DNA of 64,000 nt, from contig CM007991.1 of the NCBI GenBank assembly GCA_002189035.1, positions 3,286,001 through 3,350,000 on the forward strand, given 5' to 3'. Made by a program: the position numbers and the translations under genes. Shown here piece by piece: positions 1-13,900 of the stretch; the stretch's first letter is position 1, and each line of letters begins with the position of its first letter. The DNA comes from Utricularia gibba. Its lineage: Eukaryota; Plantae; Magnoliophyta. The notes beneath the pieces were generated by a model that worked only from the letters and a program-made list of their open reading frames with translations, was not told where the DNA came from and searched no databases.

Positions 1-3000
1 CAATGAAAGAGGATGAATCAGGCCTTCCGGAGTCGTTTCGAGACAACTGTAGACTTGACCCTTGCATCTGGCTAACAGGGTCTTCGATCATTGATCTATA
101 ATCTCCAAAGACATGAAAAGAGTGGGGTGAACGAGTCAAGTAGAGCGAAGAAGATGGACGCAGACCCTTCCACATTGTTTCTTCAGCTGCCCTTTGAAGA
201 GAGTCAAGTGAATAAACCCTCGTTGTTCCCATCAGCCTTTTAACTGATGGATTTTCTACCAGATTCATCTTCCTTGGTGAGCTTGGATCATCATCCTCAT
301 TTACCGCCGGCTCAACGCCAGACCATGCAGAATCTATGCTGTCAAACAGTGTTGATGGAGGTTGATCCGGTGAACTCTTACTGACAGCACTTCCATCATC
401 TCTGCTGATAGTCTCCACTTCATTTGCAGGTATGGAATCTTTTGCAAATTTATCTGAACCCCAGGGACCATCATAATCATCATTTTGAGCATCGGTGGAT
501 GAGTTGCTCTTGAGAAGGGCTTCCAGCAAATTCAGACGGTGATCCCACGATTGCCATGAGGCTGAAAGAGAATCCTTCAAGTGTCTCAACTCTCGAATGT
601 CTGGTTCCACTCCATCCACTTGTCCTCCTTCATTGGTAGGTAGTTGTAGCAGATCCTCCCATTCCTGAAGCAATAAAGTTTAGCTACAGAAATACCAGAA
701 CAGGATGTATTAAGAGAATCTTACTTTGTACTGCTTTTTTTCATTGGCAAGCATATCTTTCAGCTCAGTGAAGTGGTTCTGCAGTTCACTCGCATCACCA
801 TTTCCATCTTCACCGGATAAAGCTTTAGTCTCAAGGGCCTCAAGAACTCTAGAAACCCCCAGAAACATTGCTTCTGCTTTCCCGAAAAGCTACAGGGAGA
901 AAAAATGAATAATATGTTTCAGAACTGCACCACAAACACCAAAAAGTTGCAATTTCATGTGTTTCCACGAACCTCAGATGCTTCTTCCTTGATCCAGCAT
1001 TCTTCAACAGGATGATTGAACTCGAGAATAGCAGGCGGCAAGTGAACCGAGAGAATATCGATATGGGAATATTGGAAGGAAGCAACCATACTACCCAACC
1101 TGCCAAAGGGCCAGAGAGTAATAAATTAAAAGGAATCCCTGGAACGCCAACATCTTGAACTTCACAAACAGTGATCTTGTAAAAGCGTGCACATAGTGAA
1201 TGTTGGCATACCCGAAAAACCTGAGGCAATTCCTTTGTAGCGAGTGGCCACACTTAGCAAGACGGTTTCCAGTAACATGATTATAAAAACTAAGTTCAAG
1301 AAACTTCCCGAAAGAAAGTCCCCATGCAGCATCAGATAGTACAACTCTTTTACTGGCTGGTGGAACTCCTTCTACAAGTTCACACTTGAGGCACCGGTGC
1401 CACATCCATATCTTTCCGTCTTGTTCTCCAGGAAGCTTAACATCAGGAAGATGTCTCACTTTAATTGTAAGATTGGCATTCTGGTGGGTATAACACATGA
1501 CGTGGGCTTCAGCTGGTTCATTACAGGATTTACAACGATTTGACTGCTCAAAATAACAAGATACACATGAGCATCTAAGAGACATGTTACAAGGAAGAGC
1601 TGAAAATCACAAAAAAAAAAAATGCCCACCTGGTCAAACAAATCATCCCTTAGATACCTTCCTAAAGATTTGTCTGAGGGGCCATAAAATTTCACTCGAA
1701 GAACACGGGCCCTTTCACATGCAGTTCTGTTGACCATACAGTTACTGGAGAATGAAACCAGTATGCTCTGGGTATTGTCATTAGTGGCTTTCTGTTCACC
1801 GGATATTAAAGCATCGTCCACTTGAGCAGGAGTAGATGCCACGACTTCAATCACCTGACCAGACTCTTGGTTAAGTGACTCTTTACCATGGTCATTCTTG
1901 CATCCCAGATCTCCGTGCTCCTCTTGGTGCAGATGCTTTCTGAATCCAACTTCATTGGGTTCAGATAAATAGTCATGGCGGGTGTTTGCAAGCTCGGACA
2001 AAGAGTCATCTGACCCAAGATCTAACCGAAGATCACCTCCTCTGAGAATAGTACTCGAAACATTAAAATCTCCTGCATAGCTTTTAGCGGATCCAGGGTC
2101 CACTGGACTCATGCTCATGGAACTTGCCTCTGGGATCATATTTAACGGTTTCAAACCCATGTCTGGAGCACATGCAGCTTCGGCAGCAAGAAAAGATGTC
2201 TCTAATGATAGATGGTATGCAGCAAATACAGCATATGGCATGACATGCTTCACTTTTTTCAGTTCATCTCGAGTAGAACCCTTCAGCAAGACCTACAATT
2301 TTTTTTAAAAAAAGTTCTCAAATGGTGTGGGACTTAAAAACACAGGAGGAGCATATGCATTTAGGCAACATACCGTGCAACATACACGCCTGGGGCAACC
2401 TTCGAAAAACATCAGAGTTTTTGATGGCATTTTTTGATTCAGAGGTTCATGCTCCTCAGAAACCTTCTCCAGATGGAAGAGTTCACAATGGCCTAACCTT
2501 GCGAGGGACACATGATCAGTTGATGCAATTATACTAGCACCCGTGCATCTAGCAACTCTTTCCAACAAAGATCTTTTGACATTCAGCACCACAGAGATCT
2601 CTTTTGCGAAGAGTTTATCCAAAGCATATGGGGATACAGTTTTTTCAACAAGTAGAACATTCGGATGAAGTGCCTCAATATTGGAGACAACAGTGTTCAG
2701 ATGATCATTTTCCTGATTCAAAAAGTCAGAATCACACCATAATCGTACCCCAATAACCAAATGAATGGTAAGACATAAGAAAAACGTTCAGAAAGAAACC
2801 TGTTCCAAAAGTGTTTGCACAGATGCCAAACTATGCGATGAAGTCCTTTGGTACTCCAGGGCACCTCCTAGGATCAGCAGCCTCGCATTGTTGTATTGTG
2901 AGATCATACGCTTGTGCTTTATATTCTTCTTACAAACTATTCCTTTGACAAGTTTGCTGCATTTTGAAGAAGTTAAAAATGCAACCAGTTAAGATACAGA

Positions 3001-4301
3001 AGCATGGAATGACCAATATGCACAACATTTGCTCTTTCTTAACAGCACTTCAATTTATTTGATGAACAGTATCTAGATGAGCACCCCTTTGACCAACTCA
3101 GTATTTCAATGAGGAAAGAGGAACACAAATGGCCTACTCGCGCACAACCAGTAGAAAGAGTATTGTGATAACATGTATTTTACCTGTCACCAGGGCTCCC
3201 AGAAGCTACACATTTGATCTTTAAATAGTCGCAGGGGTCCATGCTGCCTCCTCGGCTGGTGTCAGGTTTTATATATTTTGCCGCTTGCCATGCAATAGCT
3301 GTAATAACTTCTAGCCAGTCCCCAGCATTTGTATCCTTGGTCAATGTGATATGCTCTGCGTGCAAAAGCTGTAACACGAGAGATCTAAAATGCTCAAGTA
3401 CTAGAGGATTCAGCGACTCCTTCCAATCAACATCTTTTGCTGGATTAAATGTATCTTGATCGGCAGTTCCGAGGTATGCATCACCCCAATTTTCACCTTC
3501 ATCATTTTCATCATCATAAGTAAACAAATTGCTTTCAATCTCATCATCGATGTCTTCAGGTGGAGGAGGGAACCAAATAGCTTCATTGGATTCAAAATTC
3601 AGTGGCTTTGGCAACTTTTCACTCTTCTGCTGCAATTGTGTTGGACCATTAGTATTTTCTGCAGGCCTGCCCATATACATATCCTCTTGTCTGTAAGGGC
3701 CATTCTTCAGAGAACCAGAATCGTGAACTTCATTGCCTGTAGGCCTTGAGCCCATTGACATAAATCTATTGAAGACATCTCTAGAACTTACAATATCTAA
3801 ATCTAACACAGATGCTTCATGAAAGTTTTTATTTGGAACACCGAAAGCACTACTGCTTGGATCCTCTCCCTCTTCATCACTCCTATATCAACAACGAAAA
3901 AGAGAATCGATCAGAAAATTGCAAACTTTTCAACCAGGGAGCAGCAATCAGAATAACTAGTGAAGATTTAAATTTACAAGAAGCAAACATGCTCATTACC
4001 TGTAAGGAGATCCGGTAGCTGAAAATGAATGAGTGGACGATGATGTATCACTACTTCTAGTAAAAGTAACAGGGAAATGAACTCCAACTCCCTCGCCACT
4101 AAAACTTGGCGACGGTGGTTCTGGATTCCGTATTGGAGACTCAGATGGATAGACTTTGTCCCAGCAGCTTCTGGTACTTTCACGAGGTTCATTCTCTTCA
4201 AGCTGAAGCTTTTGTGGCTCCTTAATTCGTCGATCTACCATCGGAAGATGTGAATCCACAGGCAGTGCCTCGTAAAAAGACTTTTCACTATTCATATCCA
4301 T
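1..4301 (-). CDS. FAB1C: 1-phosphatidylinositol-3-phosphate 5-kinase, FAB1C-like (no FYVE domain seen); multi-exon, 3' end and kinase domain lie beyond the window start
   Basis: Exon translations show FAB1/PIKfyve hallmarks: DPCDYLKIKCVASG, the CCT-like domain (HPNVLLVEKTVSP, RLGHCELFHLEKV, KTLMFFEGCPRR, ELKKVKHVMPYAVFAAYHLSLETSFL) and the Cys-rich segment IWMWHRCLKC...LSFGKFLELSF...CGHSLQR. WDKVYPSESP resembles FAB1C. Start ATG 4301 is tentative. Confidence 0.88.
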
Positions 4302-6495
4302 AATCTTCAATCCACTAAAAATCGGACTACAGAAATCCCTTTTCCCTGAGATGTCCAAGAATCGCCTTCCGTTAAAAAGATATTGGGACACTATCCCTTT
4401 GGAAGTCTTGGTTCCTACTTATTCTAATTCGCAACACAAACTGTATGACTCAACTAAAAAACCTACAACCCACACTAAGAACAGCGGATAATTGATACCA
4501 ACTAAAAGATCTGCAAAGCAACCAGAAAGAAGGAAGCCCAGAATCACCGAATACTACAAAGAGAAGAGCAAAAGCCAACAACCCAAGCTCCTTCCTCCCC
4601 AAGCTGCATCCAAAACTACCATCTTTTCAGTTACAGGTGTGAAAATAACGATGCATCAAAACACACGCTTCTATGTCTCAGGATGGTTTCAATCTATCCC
4701 TAAAATATGAAATCTTCCCCAAAACTTGACTAGAAAAATCCGAAGTTTGACTCAGGAACGATTCCGGCCAAACATCAAGAACTTGTCAAAGACGAGTCAG
4801 AAAATAAGCCACACGAGGCTTCCAGAATGAGCCCAAAGTCCCCCCAGATGGGCAGACCTACCAAATCACGTCCGCTCAAAGGGAACCCCCAGAAACCCAA
4901 CCAGCTAAACCGATGGAACCAACCCCAGATTTGTGAACATAAAAGGAAGAGAAGTTCTCGGAAGTCAGAACCCAGGTCAATAGAATGAAATCAGAGTAAG
5001 AAAACAGGGAGCGCAACTTCTAAGCTTAAAGCGCGTAAAATAAAAGTCGGAGTAGGAGGAGAAATAGGAAGGTTCCTTCCTTCGCGGGTTATCTCGTAGA
5101 GGCGGTTTGCTGGATTCGCTCTATAGCGACTACTTGCTCCCCCATCCCATCTTCATCCCCTTTAAGAGCTTCACTCCTCCCCAGAAAAATCACCCACCTG
5201 AAAAACCTCACAAAAATTAAATACTTGTCCCATTTCCAATCCGGAGCCGCCTAAAGGACCCAACTTTCGAACAACCCTTCCCAACTAGACATCTTTCAAT
5301 TCAGCATCTCAAGCTTTTCGACACCGCCCCCTTCCTATGGAGCTCCCATCGCTGTCATTACACTAGACTGCACTTTACGGAGATGGAAACCCATGATTGC
5401 CTTCATGCCTCCCGACTTACCTGGTTTTCTAATTCAACCCACAAAGCCTTTCCACTCCATTCCAATGATTTCGTGGCAGACAAATAGTCAAAAAAATGGA
5501 AAAAAAAATACAGTAACAATGAATTTTCAAAGATCTTGTCTGTTACATCTTTTGCCATTCACTGCAGTAATTTTTTTTTTCAACAGATTCATTCTGCTGA
5601 ATCGGGATACAAATCCACTCATCATGGGAAATCCTTGCATTTATTTAAAATGAATACTTTTATGGTGATGATCCATCCACTTTTTTACCCCAAATTTTCA
5701 TCCTTTTGCATTATTTCATCTCCAGTAAAAGTTCAATTTACTATCCAACTACTTCCTCTTCCAATTCGTATTAAACTAGATTATAATTTTTATTTTTATT
5801 AAAAATACTTTTTGGAACTTTTTTTTTAAAAAAATAATTTTCAATTAATTTTATTATCAAATTTAATTGATCTCTGGATACATAATTCATACTGTTTTCA
5901 TAATTTTGATTATGTTTAAGTTTTAAAAATTCTAATATTTAACTGTTTTTTTATTTTATTAAATTTTATAATATAATTTTATAAAACATTTTTACAATCT
6001 TAAAATTGATTCTATTTATATAATTTGAAACATAATTTTAAATTTAGTATATCTAACAGATATAGACTCAATTTATCTATTTTATTAGAATCAATTCTCA
6101 AAAAAATATTTTTTTCGTGAAAAAGAACCTCACTTTCCTCGTATTTTTTTAAGGCATCCATCATTAAAAAAAGGGGGGGATATCCAAATTTGGCGTGGCT
6201 CCCCCAACTCGCGTGCTTCGTGACTTGTGCTATCCAAATTCTTAGCCGATTATGATCTCACCCATACGCTTATTTCACTTTTTTTAAATAAAAAAATGAT
6301 GCAAAACAATGAGACATTTTTTTTCAAGTCAAAAAAAGGCCTTGATTGCACACTTGGAAATTCAAACTAGAAATTTCAGACCTTTTTTTATTTCCGAGAT
6401 ATTCAGATTGTCTGTGTGTGTGTCGTGTGTGAATGAGCGGATGGGATGAGATGTTCAGTTCAGACCGGAGACAATGTATCTGTGTGTTTTCCCTT

Positions 6496-6625
6496 GTGGG
6501 CCCCATGTGTCGTGCGGAGGTGTCCCTCAAGTGTTCAAACGGGCCCCTTGTATTTGGGCCTTTATTACTCTCTCTCTCTCTCAGAGTTGGGCCCGAAATT
6601 TAAATGCGTGACGAATTTGGCCCCA
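6496..6625. promoter_or_regulatory. Cluster of TCP-type GGNCCC / site II (TGGGCY) motifs
   Basis: GTGGGCCCCA 6496, GGGCCCC 6541, TGGGCC 6555, TGGGCCC 6588, TGGCCCC 6618 inside otherwise AT-rich DNA between two divergent genes. Confidence 0.5.
6568..6582. repeat. (CT)n microsatellite
   Basis: ctctctctctctctc read directly. Confidence 0.85.
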
Positions 6626-7119
6626 ATATCTGAAATTAGTGTTTCATAGGATTTAAAATAATGACTATAAATTATATCGTATTTACTTTATGGATTAAAT
6701 GAATATAGAATTATGATGAATTTTTTAATATCATGTATACGGATATTTAAAACAACACTTTTTCTTTTTTATTTTATTTTATTAATTAAACATTATTTTT
6801 ATTCAAATTCAAATAAATTGATTTTTTTTGTCTTATCTCTAGTAACCAAAACACTCTTTACGATAATTTGTTAACATTTTAAAAACCGATTGACCCCATA
6901 TAATGGTTTAATTATTATTTTAAATTAAATCTGTTAAAAAAATAATTATCTAGAGTGAATATTTTTAAATTTTTTGTAAAAAATATTGGATCGAACCTAA
7001 AAAAAAAAGTTAAAAGTGAATCATCATCCTAATTCCATAGATTATGCATGTATATATATGTGTGTATGTAGATAGGGGCATAGGGTCACCTGGCCTGCTT
7101 TGGTTGCTCTCCTCCGGGA

Positions 7120-7533
7120 ATGGCTGCGGCTGAGTTCAGGCTCCTCCAGGCCACCATTTGCTTCATCCTCGTCGTCTTCCCGATTCATCCCATGCCGTCG
7201 AACTCAACAGGAGCCTTGTTCAAGAGCTATCTAATAAGTGCGGGGGGTGTCTCTGCGGCAGGCCCTGTCTCCCACCTCCTCCTTTCCCATCTCCGCCGCC
7301 GCCGCCAGTTCGGGATGTCCCTCCGTCTAGCTCCACGACATGCACACCACCGCCACCGCCGAAGGGAGCGTGGCGCCCGCCGAGCCCGCCTTACGCATAC
7401 GTCAACAGTCCCCCGGGAATGTATACGAGGTTCATCCGTACTACTCCGGCGCGCAGAAGAGCCGAGGACCCCCGTCGCCTGGATGATTCACGCGGCGCTG
7501 ATGGTAGCCACCGTGTGGGCGGTGGCTGGGTGA
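7120..7533 (+). CDS. Small secreted Cys/Pro-rich (HRGP/extensin-like) protein with C-terminal hydrophobic, GPI-like tail; three apparent -1 frameshifts
   Basis: Signal peptide in the 7120 frame; KCGGCLCGRPC plus poly-Pro in the 7158 frame; NVYEVHPYYSGAQKSRG in the third frame (from 7418); hydrophobic tail VAWMIHAALMVATVWAVAG* back in the first frame. Confidence 0.7.
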   Translation: MAAAEFRLLQATICFILVVFPIHPMPSNSTGALFKSYLISAGGVSAAGPVSHLLLSHLRRRRQFGMSLRLAPRHAHHRHRRRERGARRARLTHTSTVPRECIRGSSVLLRRAEEPRTPVAWMIHAALMVATVWAVAG

Positions 7534-8048
7534 CAAAGGGGTCGACCGGAAAAGAGGGGTGACCAACAAGCAACAACATATAATATGTTGGGTTCGCGCT
7601 TGTGCTTCTTGTTACCCAACATTGCACTAATTCGCCCTGTTCTCATGATAATCTCCAAGCTACTTTTTACTCCAATGGCTGCTCTGCTACGACGCTTATA
7701 TTAAAACCCATACGTAATATCAAAGACAGAAATGATCACAAACTGCACATCTAACACAAGCTCCTTCCCGCAGCTCGCCACCTGCAAGAGATTCCCAACC
7801 ACCGTGCACCCCCCGCCCCGGCGGAAGTTCATCTTCTTTTTTCCTTCTTTTCCCGAGAGTCTGCCGGAGAAGAGGGTGATGACGCGGGACATAAGCAACG
7901 CGCCGCCAGTGCCACCCTCGCTAGTTTGTTGTACAGGTGATGTAATTAAATTATATATTTATTTATATAAAAAATTTTAATTGAATAAATCATAATTTTT
8001 ATCTCTCTTCCTACTAATTAAAAATATAATAATTTTGAAAAAGACTCC

Positions 8049-8054
8049 CACGTG
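8049..8054. promoter_or_regulatory. G-box (CACGTG) upstream of KCS
   Basis: cCACGTGa about 400 bp before the KCS ATG; motif match only. Confidence 0.3.
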
Positions 8055-8450
8055 ACGGCAAGCCATGGTTTTGCTACCTAAATTATAAGATAATTTTAAA
8101 AATATTTTTTTATCAAATACAAACGATTTTTAATTCAAAAAAAATCAGAAATTTAGATGCAGCTTCTTTTTTTAAGGAGGTGTAGAGATTTAATTTTTAT
8201 TTTATTAAAAATATTTTCAAAAAATGTTTTTTGAACGGCACTGAGTAAATGGGCTTGAGATGTAACTGGGCTTGGTGAATTAAATACCGGCCCAGTACCT
8301 GAATTATTCCTTAGATAAAATAATAATTTTAAATGGCTATTTATGCAGATGTTGGTCTGTTTATGTATGGAGTTTGAGCGACGAGTGGCGGACTTTCAAC
8401 TGCCGGTGAGAGAAGTACATTTACTTGCATCATCTGCTTCTCGGGGAACG

Positions 8451-10356
8451 ATGCTGTGGTTGATCGTCGCAGGGCTCATCTTCCTGGTGTCGATGATGGT
8501 GCGTTGCGCCGTGAAGGTGTTTGTTGGTAGGAGGGAGGGGTGCTGTTACATGCTGAACTACGAATGCTACAGGCCGGGGGATGAAAGCAGGAGGAAGTTG
8601 AGCACGGAATCCTCGTGCAGAGTTGTGATGCGCAACCCGAATCTAGGGCTCGAGGAGTACAGGTTCCTGCTGCAAACGATGGTCAGATCTGGTATTGGAG
8701 AAGACACCTACTGCCCCAGCAACGTCGTCGCCGGAAACGAAGGAAACCCTAGTCTGGGAGACGCTCTGGAGGAGTTGGACGATATTTTTTTCCAGACCGT
8801 CGACCGCGTCCTCGAGAAATCACGAATCGCTTCTCCGTCGGATGAAATCGATATTCTCGTCGTCAATGTCTCTCTCCTTTCGCCTGAACCGTCGCTCGCC
8901 GCCCGGGTCATCAACCGGTAAAATGCATTTGCCCCTGGATTCATTACTCTGTTACAGTAATCGTTACTAATCTTCTCTCGCGCTAGGTACAAGTTGAGGG
9001 CTGATGTGAAGGTGTACAATCTTTCTGGGATGGGTTGCAGCGCGAGCGCGGTGGCTGTGGACCTCGTTGCGCAGCTTTTCAGGGTGCACCGGAGGAAGGT
9101 GGCGTTGGTCGTGAGTACGGAGTCTCTGGGGCCCAATTGGTACGGCGGCCGTGAAAAATCCTTCATGCTCTCAAACTGCTTGTTCCGCTCCGGGGGATGC
9201 TCCATGCTCCTCACAAACGACCCCGCCAGAAGAAACAGAGCCATCATGAAGCTCACGCAGTCCGTACGGACGCACATTGGGTCTGACGATGAAGCCTACG
9301 AGTGCTGCATACAAGTCGAGGATGGAGAAGGGTACAAGGGATTCAGGCTGACGAGGAAGCTGACTAAGGCGGCAGCGCAGGCTCTGACGATCAACCTGCA
9401 GGCGCTGGCGCCGAGGATTTTGCCTCTGTGGGAGCTTGTGAGGTGGTATGCGGTGGTTTATGTGCCCTCCCGATGGGGAAAAACAAAAGCCAAAGGATCT
9501 TCTTCTTCCTCCTCCAATCTCGAGTCCGTCGGAAAAGGCCTTAATCTCAAGGCTGGAGTAGAGCATTTCTGCATACACCCCGGCGGCAGGTACCCAATTC
9601 AAAACTCAAAAGCTTGTTCATTTTCTTCCTTCACATTAGGAGAGGGGGCTTGGGTAATAACCATTAATCAGAGAGATGGGGTAGTGCAGTGGGTAGCAGG
9701 GGAGGGCAGTTAATGAAGGGAAAGAACAAATACATCATGACTGGTTTGGTTTGAACTTTGGGGTGGGGGTGATGCATGTCTTAGGCCAGACATTGAATTC
9801 CCAAAAACCAAGGAAAGAACTGTCACCTGTTTTACTTCACGAGTCCCCCTCTGTCACAGTAAATACAAATGTGAAGGCACCTTTCAGTTCCACTGTTGCA
9901 TCCACTTTCGCATGATGGCAATGATGATTCATACACTGTTGCATTCATTTTTGTGTTAGAGCGGTGATAGATGGAGTTGGGAAGAGCTTGGGGTTGACGG
10001 ATTCCGATCTCGAGCCGGCGAGGATGGCGCTCCACCGCTGGGGTAACACTTCGGCGGGAGGACTGTGGTACGTGTTGGGGTACATGGAGGCCAAGAAGAG
10101 GCTGAGGAAAGGAGACAGGGTACTGATGATAAGCTTAGGGGCGGGGTTCATGTGCAACAACTGCGCCTGGGAAGTGATCGGAGACCACATGAACGACCCC
10201 AAGGTGTGGGCGGACTGCATCGACCTGTACCCGCTGCCGGAGGGCCGACGGGCGAATCCTTTCGCCGATAAGTTCGATTGGCTCAACGACGAATGCATGA
10301 GCTTCGTCAGGATCGAACAATCCTCCTTCGCCTTCGCCGGCACCGCCCAGCCCTAG
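8451..10356 (+). CDS. KCS19: 3-ketoacyl-CoA synthase, KCS3/12/19 clade; exons 8451-8917, 8987-9589, 9960-10356
   Basis: YNLSGMGCSAS (catalytic Cys), FCIHPGGR|AVID, HRWGNTSAGGLWYVLGYMEAK, MISLGAGF. GT-AG introns join the exons in frame (INR|YKLR, GGR|AVID). Confidence 0.9.
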
Positions 10357-10911
10357 CCCAGAGTCACTAGAAACGGCCGTACAATTCAATACGGATTCGC
10401 AGCCGTACAAAAATATCTCCCCTTTTTTTCAAGATCCGCGGGAATCCATCATGAATCTTTTTTCCAATTTTTAAAATTAAATAAATATAATATCATTTTA
10501 CACACATATATTTATAAAAATAAATATCAAACGTAATTAAATGACATATTTATTAAAAAAAAAATAATTTAAATAATAATGAAATGTAGCAGTTCAAGTC
10601 GTCGTGCAGCAGAGCACAGGATTGAGCTGGGGATGGAAGAAGCATGACTGGGAGGGATGAGCTTCACTCACCAGTCATCAATGGCACCCCTTTAAAGTTG
10701 GGAGGGAGAGCACCCGGACGACACATTTAGTATACATTGCAGGCATGAAGTGAAGAAAGAAGAAGGCAGCACCCATCCAGTGAACGCATTCAACGCTGTG
10801 CAGAACAAAACAAGTAGTGCTGTACAAAGGGTGTTGTTTCATGTTATCAAAAGCTTGTTGCATATGAGTGGAGTCTATGGCAGGGAAGAAAGGTTACCTT
10901 ATCTTCGGTGT

Positions 10912-13900
10912 TTATGAACTTCTCCTCAGTAGCGGCTGCAGGTGACTCTGGTCAAATCTACCAGACTCCAGTTGGGATTCATCTTGATTCTGGGAAGACA
11001 TTGTTTTTGCTTGTGCCTTCTCAGTTAAGTTCTGAACCTGCTGCAGACAAACTTGGACTGCATCATGCACTCGGACGAAATGCCACTCCTTTCCGATGAG
11101 GTCGACAACCCCGGATCTTTGCAGTGTAAGGAGAACACCCCGATTTGGATTCGAGATGGCAATCTGCATCAATGGCATCCAGCAGAGTAAACCAGCTGTT
11201 GATTGTTTCTTCTTCGACAGTGAACAGCCAGCCCTTTAGTGTGAATGTATATATATATACCTGAATGTTCCGCACTTTGTATTCCTGGTACAAATCCTTC
11301 AAGGCTTCGACAGCACTGGAATCTATGTAGGTTACAGCTGAGGAGAACAAACGAGTCAGAGGAATTGATGCCAATAGAACTACCAACAGAAGTTGAGCAA
11401 TGCAACTCCATAGCATCAACAGAAAAGATGAGAGATTAAAAGTGCAACTCACGAGCCATGTCAATTACTACAAAGTGGACTTGCTTGACACCAATTGGCC
11501 CACGTCCTCCATACCCATCAGCAGAGATTTCATACTCTCGTAGCCTGATGGGAGAACATTTGAGCTTTTGAAGTCGTAGGATACAATATCAGTGTACACC
11601 GTACCTGTCTTTTATGTAACTAATATTAGCAAAATATATGGGTGCATCTATCCCAACAACCACAATTCCATTGTATGTGTATGATTCTGGATACTGCTGG
11701 ACGTTTCTGTACACAGTTGTGCCAGGTAGCCGGCCCAAAACAGCTGCAGTAAGAAGCATTTCGCCCACTAAGATTAATAGGTATGAAGGTAGGATTTGTG
11801 GAAAGCCAACAGAAGAATGAGAACCTAGGACGTTGTCTTACTCCAGAAACATTTTTTAAATGAAGCTCCCTGCTCCGAGGACTCAAAATGAATTCAAAAT
11901 CTACTAGATTATTGTACTTATGGGTAAAGCAGGAAAAAAAAAACTAAGAACATAGAATTAGATGGCTAAAGGACAAAGAACAAAGGCATAGAAAAGGTAA
12001 TTGCTCACGGCTACTAAATGCAAAACATATGTTTACAACTACGTACCCAAGACCTACCAATGTGAGGATTGGCTGATTCATGGATGACGAAAGCAAGTGA
12101 AATACCAACCTGAGAAATCACGAAATCAACCACAAGTTTCCATTTTTTTAATCAAACACAGATGTGTATCAAGAATGATATACTCACACCAACAAGGACG
12201 CCAATCTCTATCCCAAAGAACAAGGTAACGATGCATGTAACTATCCAAAGGAGAAAGTCTTTCTTGTCCACATGCCACAAGAATATAGCCTCCTCATAAT
12301 CAACCTAAAGGAAACGAGGCACAACATGAGGTAACCAGGTTCAACACATGGCAAAGAAACCACTTAAATAGAAAAAATCCCAAAATTCATCAGTAACATG
12401 ATCTCTTTGCAACGAAGTCAAAAAGCTACATGAATGCACACGGCACACTTTCAAACTCCACACCTTTACGGTATACATAGGCTGACATAAAATTTTACTA
12501 TAATAATATCATCTTGCCGCTAAATTTTTTAGATCAAAAATAAAATCTATAACGACATTCAACAAAAGAAATAAATGCGTACATATGAGAGTAATGGCAT
12601 TCTAAATCCATTAGCAACCAAACAAAAAGCTAAATAAAAAAGATACATCAATGCCACAGCTTAAGCAAAGCATATTCGTCGCTGAAAATTACCAGTCCAA
12701 CAACAGCAGAAATCACAATGGCCGCCAGAGCACACTGCAGGGTCAGCAAATAAATAATGAAACTACCACCAATAGAGACTAGTAGAGATATGATTTAAGT
12801 TTCAAATTACCAATGATAAAATTAAAGGAAAATCCACGCCATGCTAAGGATAAACTAAATAGAGAATTTGAAATGGGAACTTTGCTAAACCTGGGGTATT
12901 TCCTCAAACAATGGAGTCAGAAATTGAAGCGCACATCCCATTATAATACCCATGACTAGTCCAGAAACACCAGTTTTGGCTCCACTTTCATGATTTACTG
13001 CCGACCTAGAGAATGAACCTAGTTGAAACGCAATACATTAGTTTTTCAACATAAGAATGAACTTGTTTGCTAACAAACTTCGAAAATCAATTTTCACATT
13101 TCAAACATATCTTTTAAATCATTTTACTTTGAAAAACTGAGAAGTGAAGCTAACCAGTAGTAGGGTACACTGAGAAGAAAGAACCAACAATATTCGCCAA
13201 TCCAAGTCCAAATAGCTGCCACAATCAAGTTACAGAATCCAGTCATCTGTAAAGTATTACTCTTCAAAACTAGTTTAACAAATCTACAATGTCTGAGTTT
13301 CAAAAGCGTAGTGATATGTTGTAGAGAATTAGTCAAATAGAACAAACCCTTCTATCTCACGTCGACTCCCAAAAACAACATTTAATCATAATTTAGTACA
13401 GAAAATGTGAGCGGGAACTAAGTGTCTCTTCATCATTCATAGGAAGTCCCATAAAGGAAGCCACAAAGGTTGCAATTATTCAGCATAAGAAGCAAGCTGA
13501 TAACATTGAACCTCTTGATTAGAATCCAATTCATATCCATTTTTTGCTGCAAGGGCCTTGGCAATCCCCACCGATTCCTATAATTTCGAAATACAAAATA
13601 AATAACATCTCAGAGTAAACTTTTTAATGCATGAAATTAAAAGATGAAGCAAAACACAATAAATGACACCAGTGGAATAATGGGGGAGAGGGCGGTAAGG
13701 GTTCCATCTTACTAAAATAGCGACACCAGTGATAAGGATTGTTGTGGGAATCAGAGATTCTACATGTCGAAATTCCTTTGGTATGGAAAACCGTGGTAGT
13801 CCCTGAGGTATTTCACCAACCTAGCATGGAGACCGTAGTATTAATGCAATCACAAAATGCTAAGAGGTGGCAGGCAATAGACACACGGGTAGTCAAGTGG

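Noticed and set aside
8708-9277. 189-aa minus-strand ORF
   Set aside because: Antisense shadow of the GC-rich KCS coding region; no motif.
10644-10678. Hairpin ATGACTGG...CCAGTCAT past the SULTR4 stop
   Set aside because: Only 8 bp plus a few inner pairs; too short for a miRNA precursor and expected by chance.
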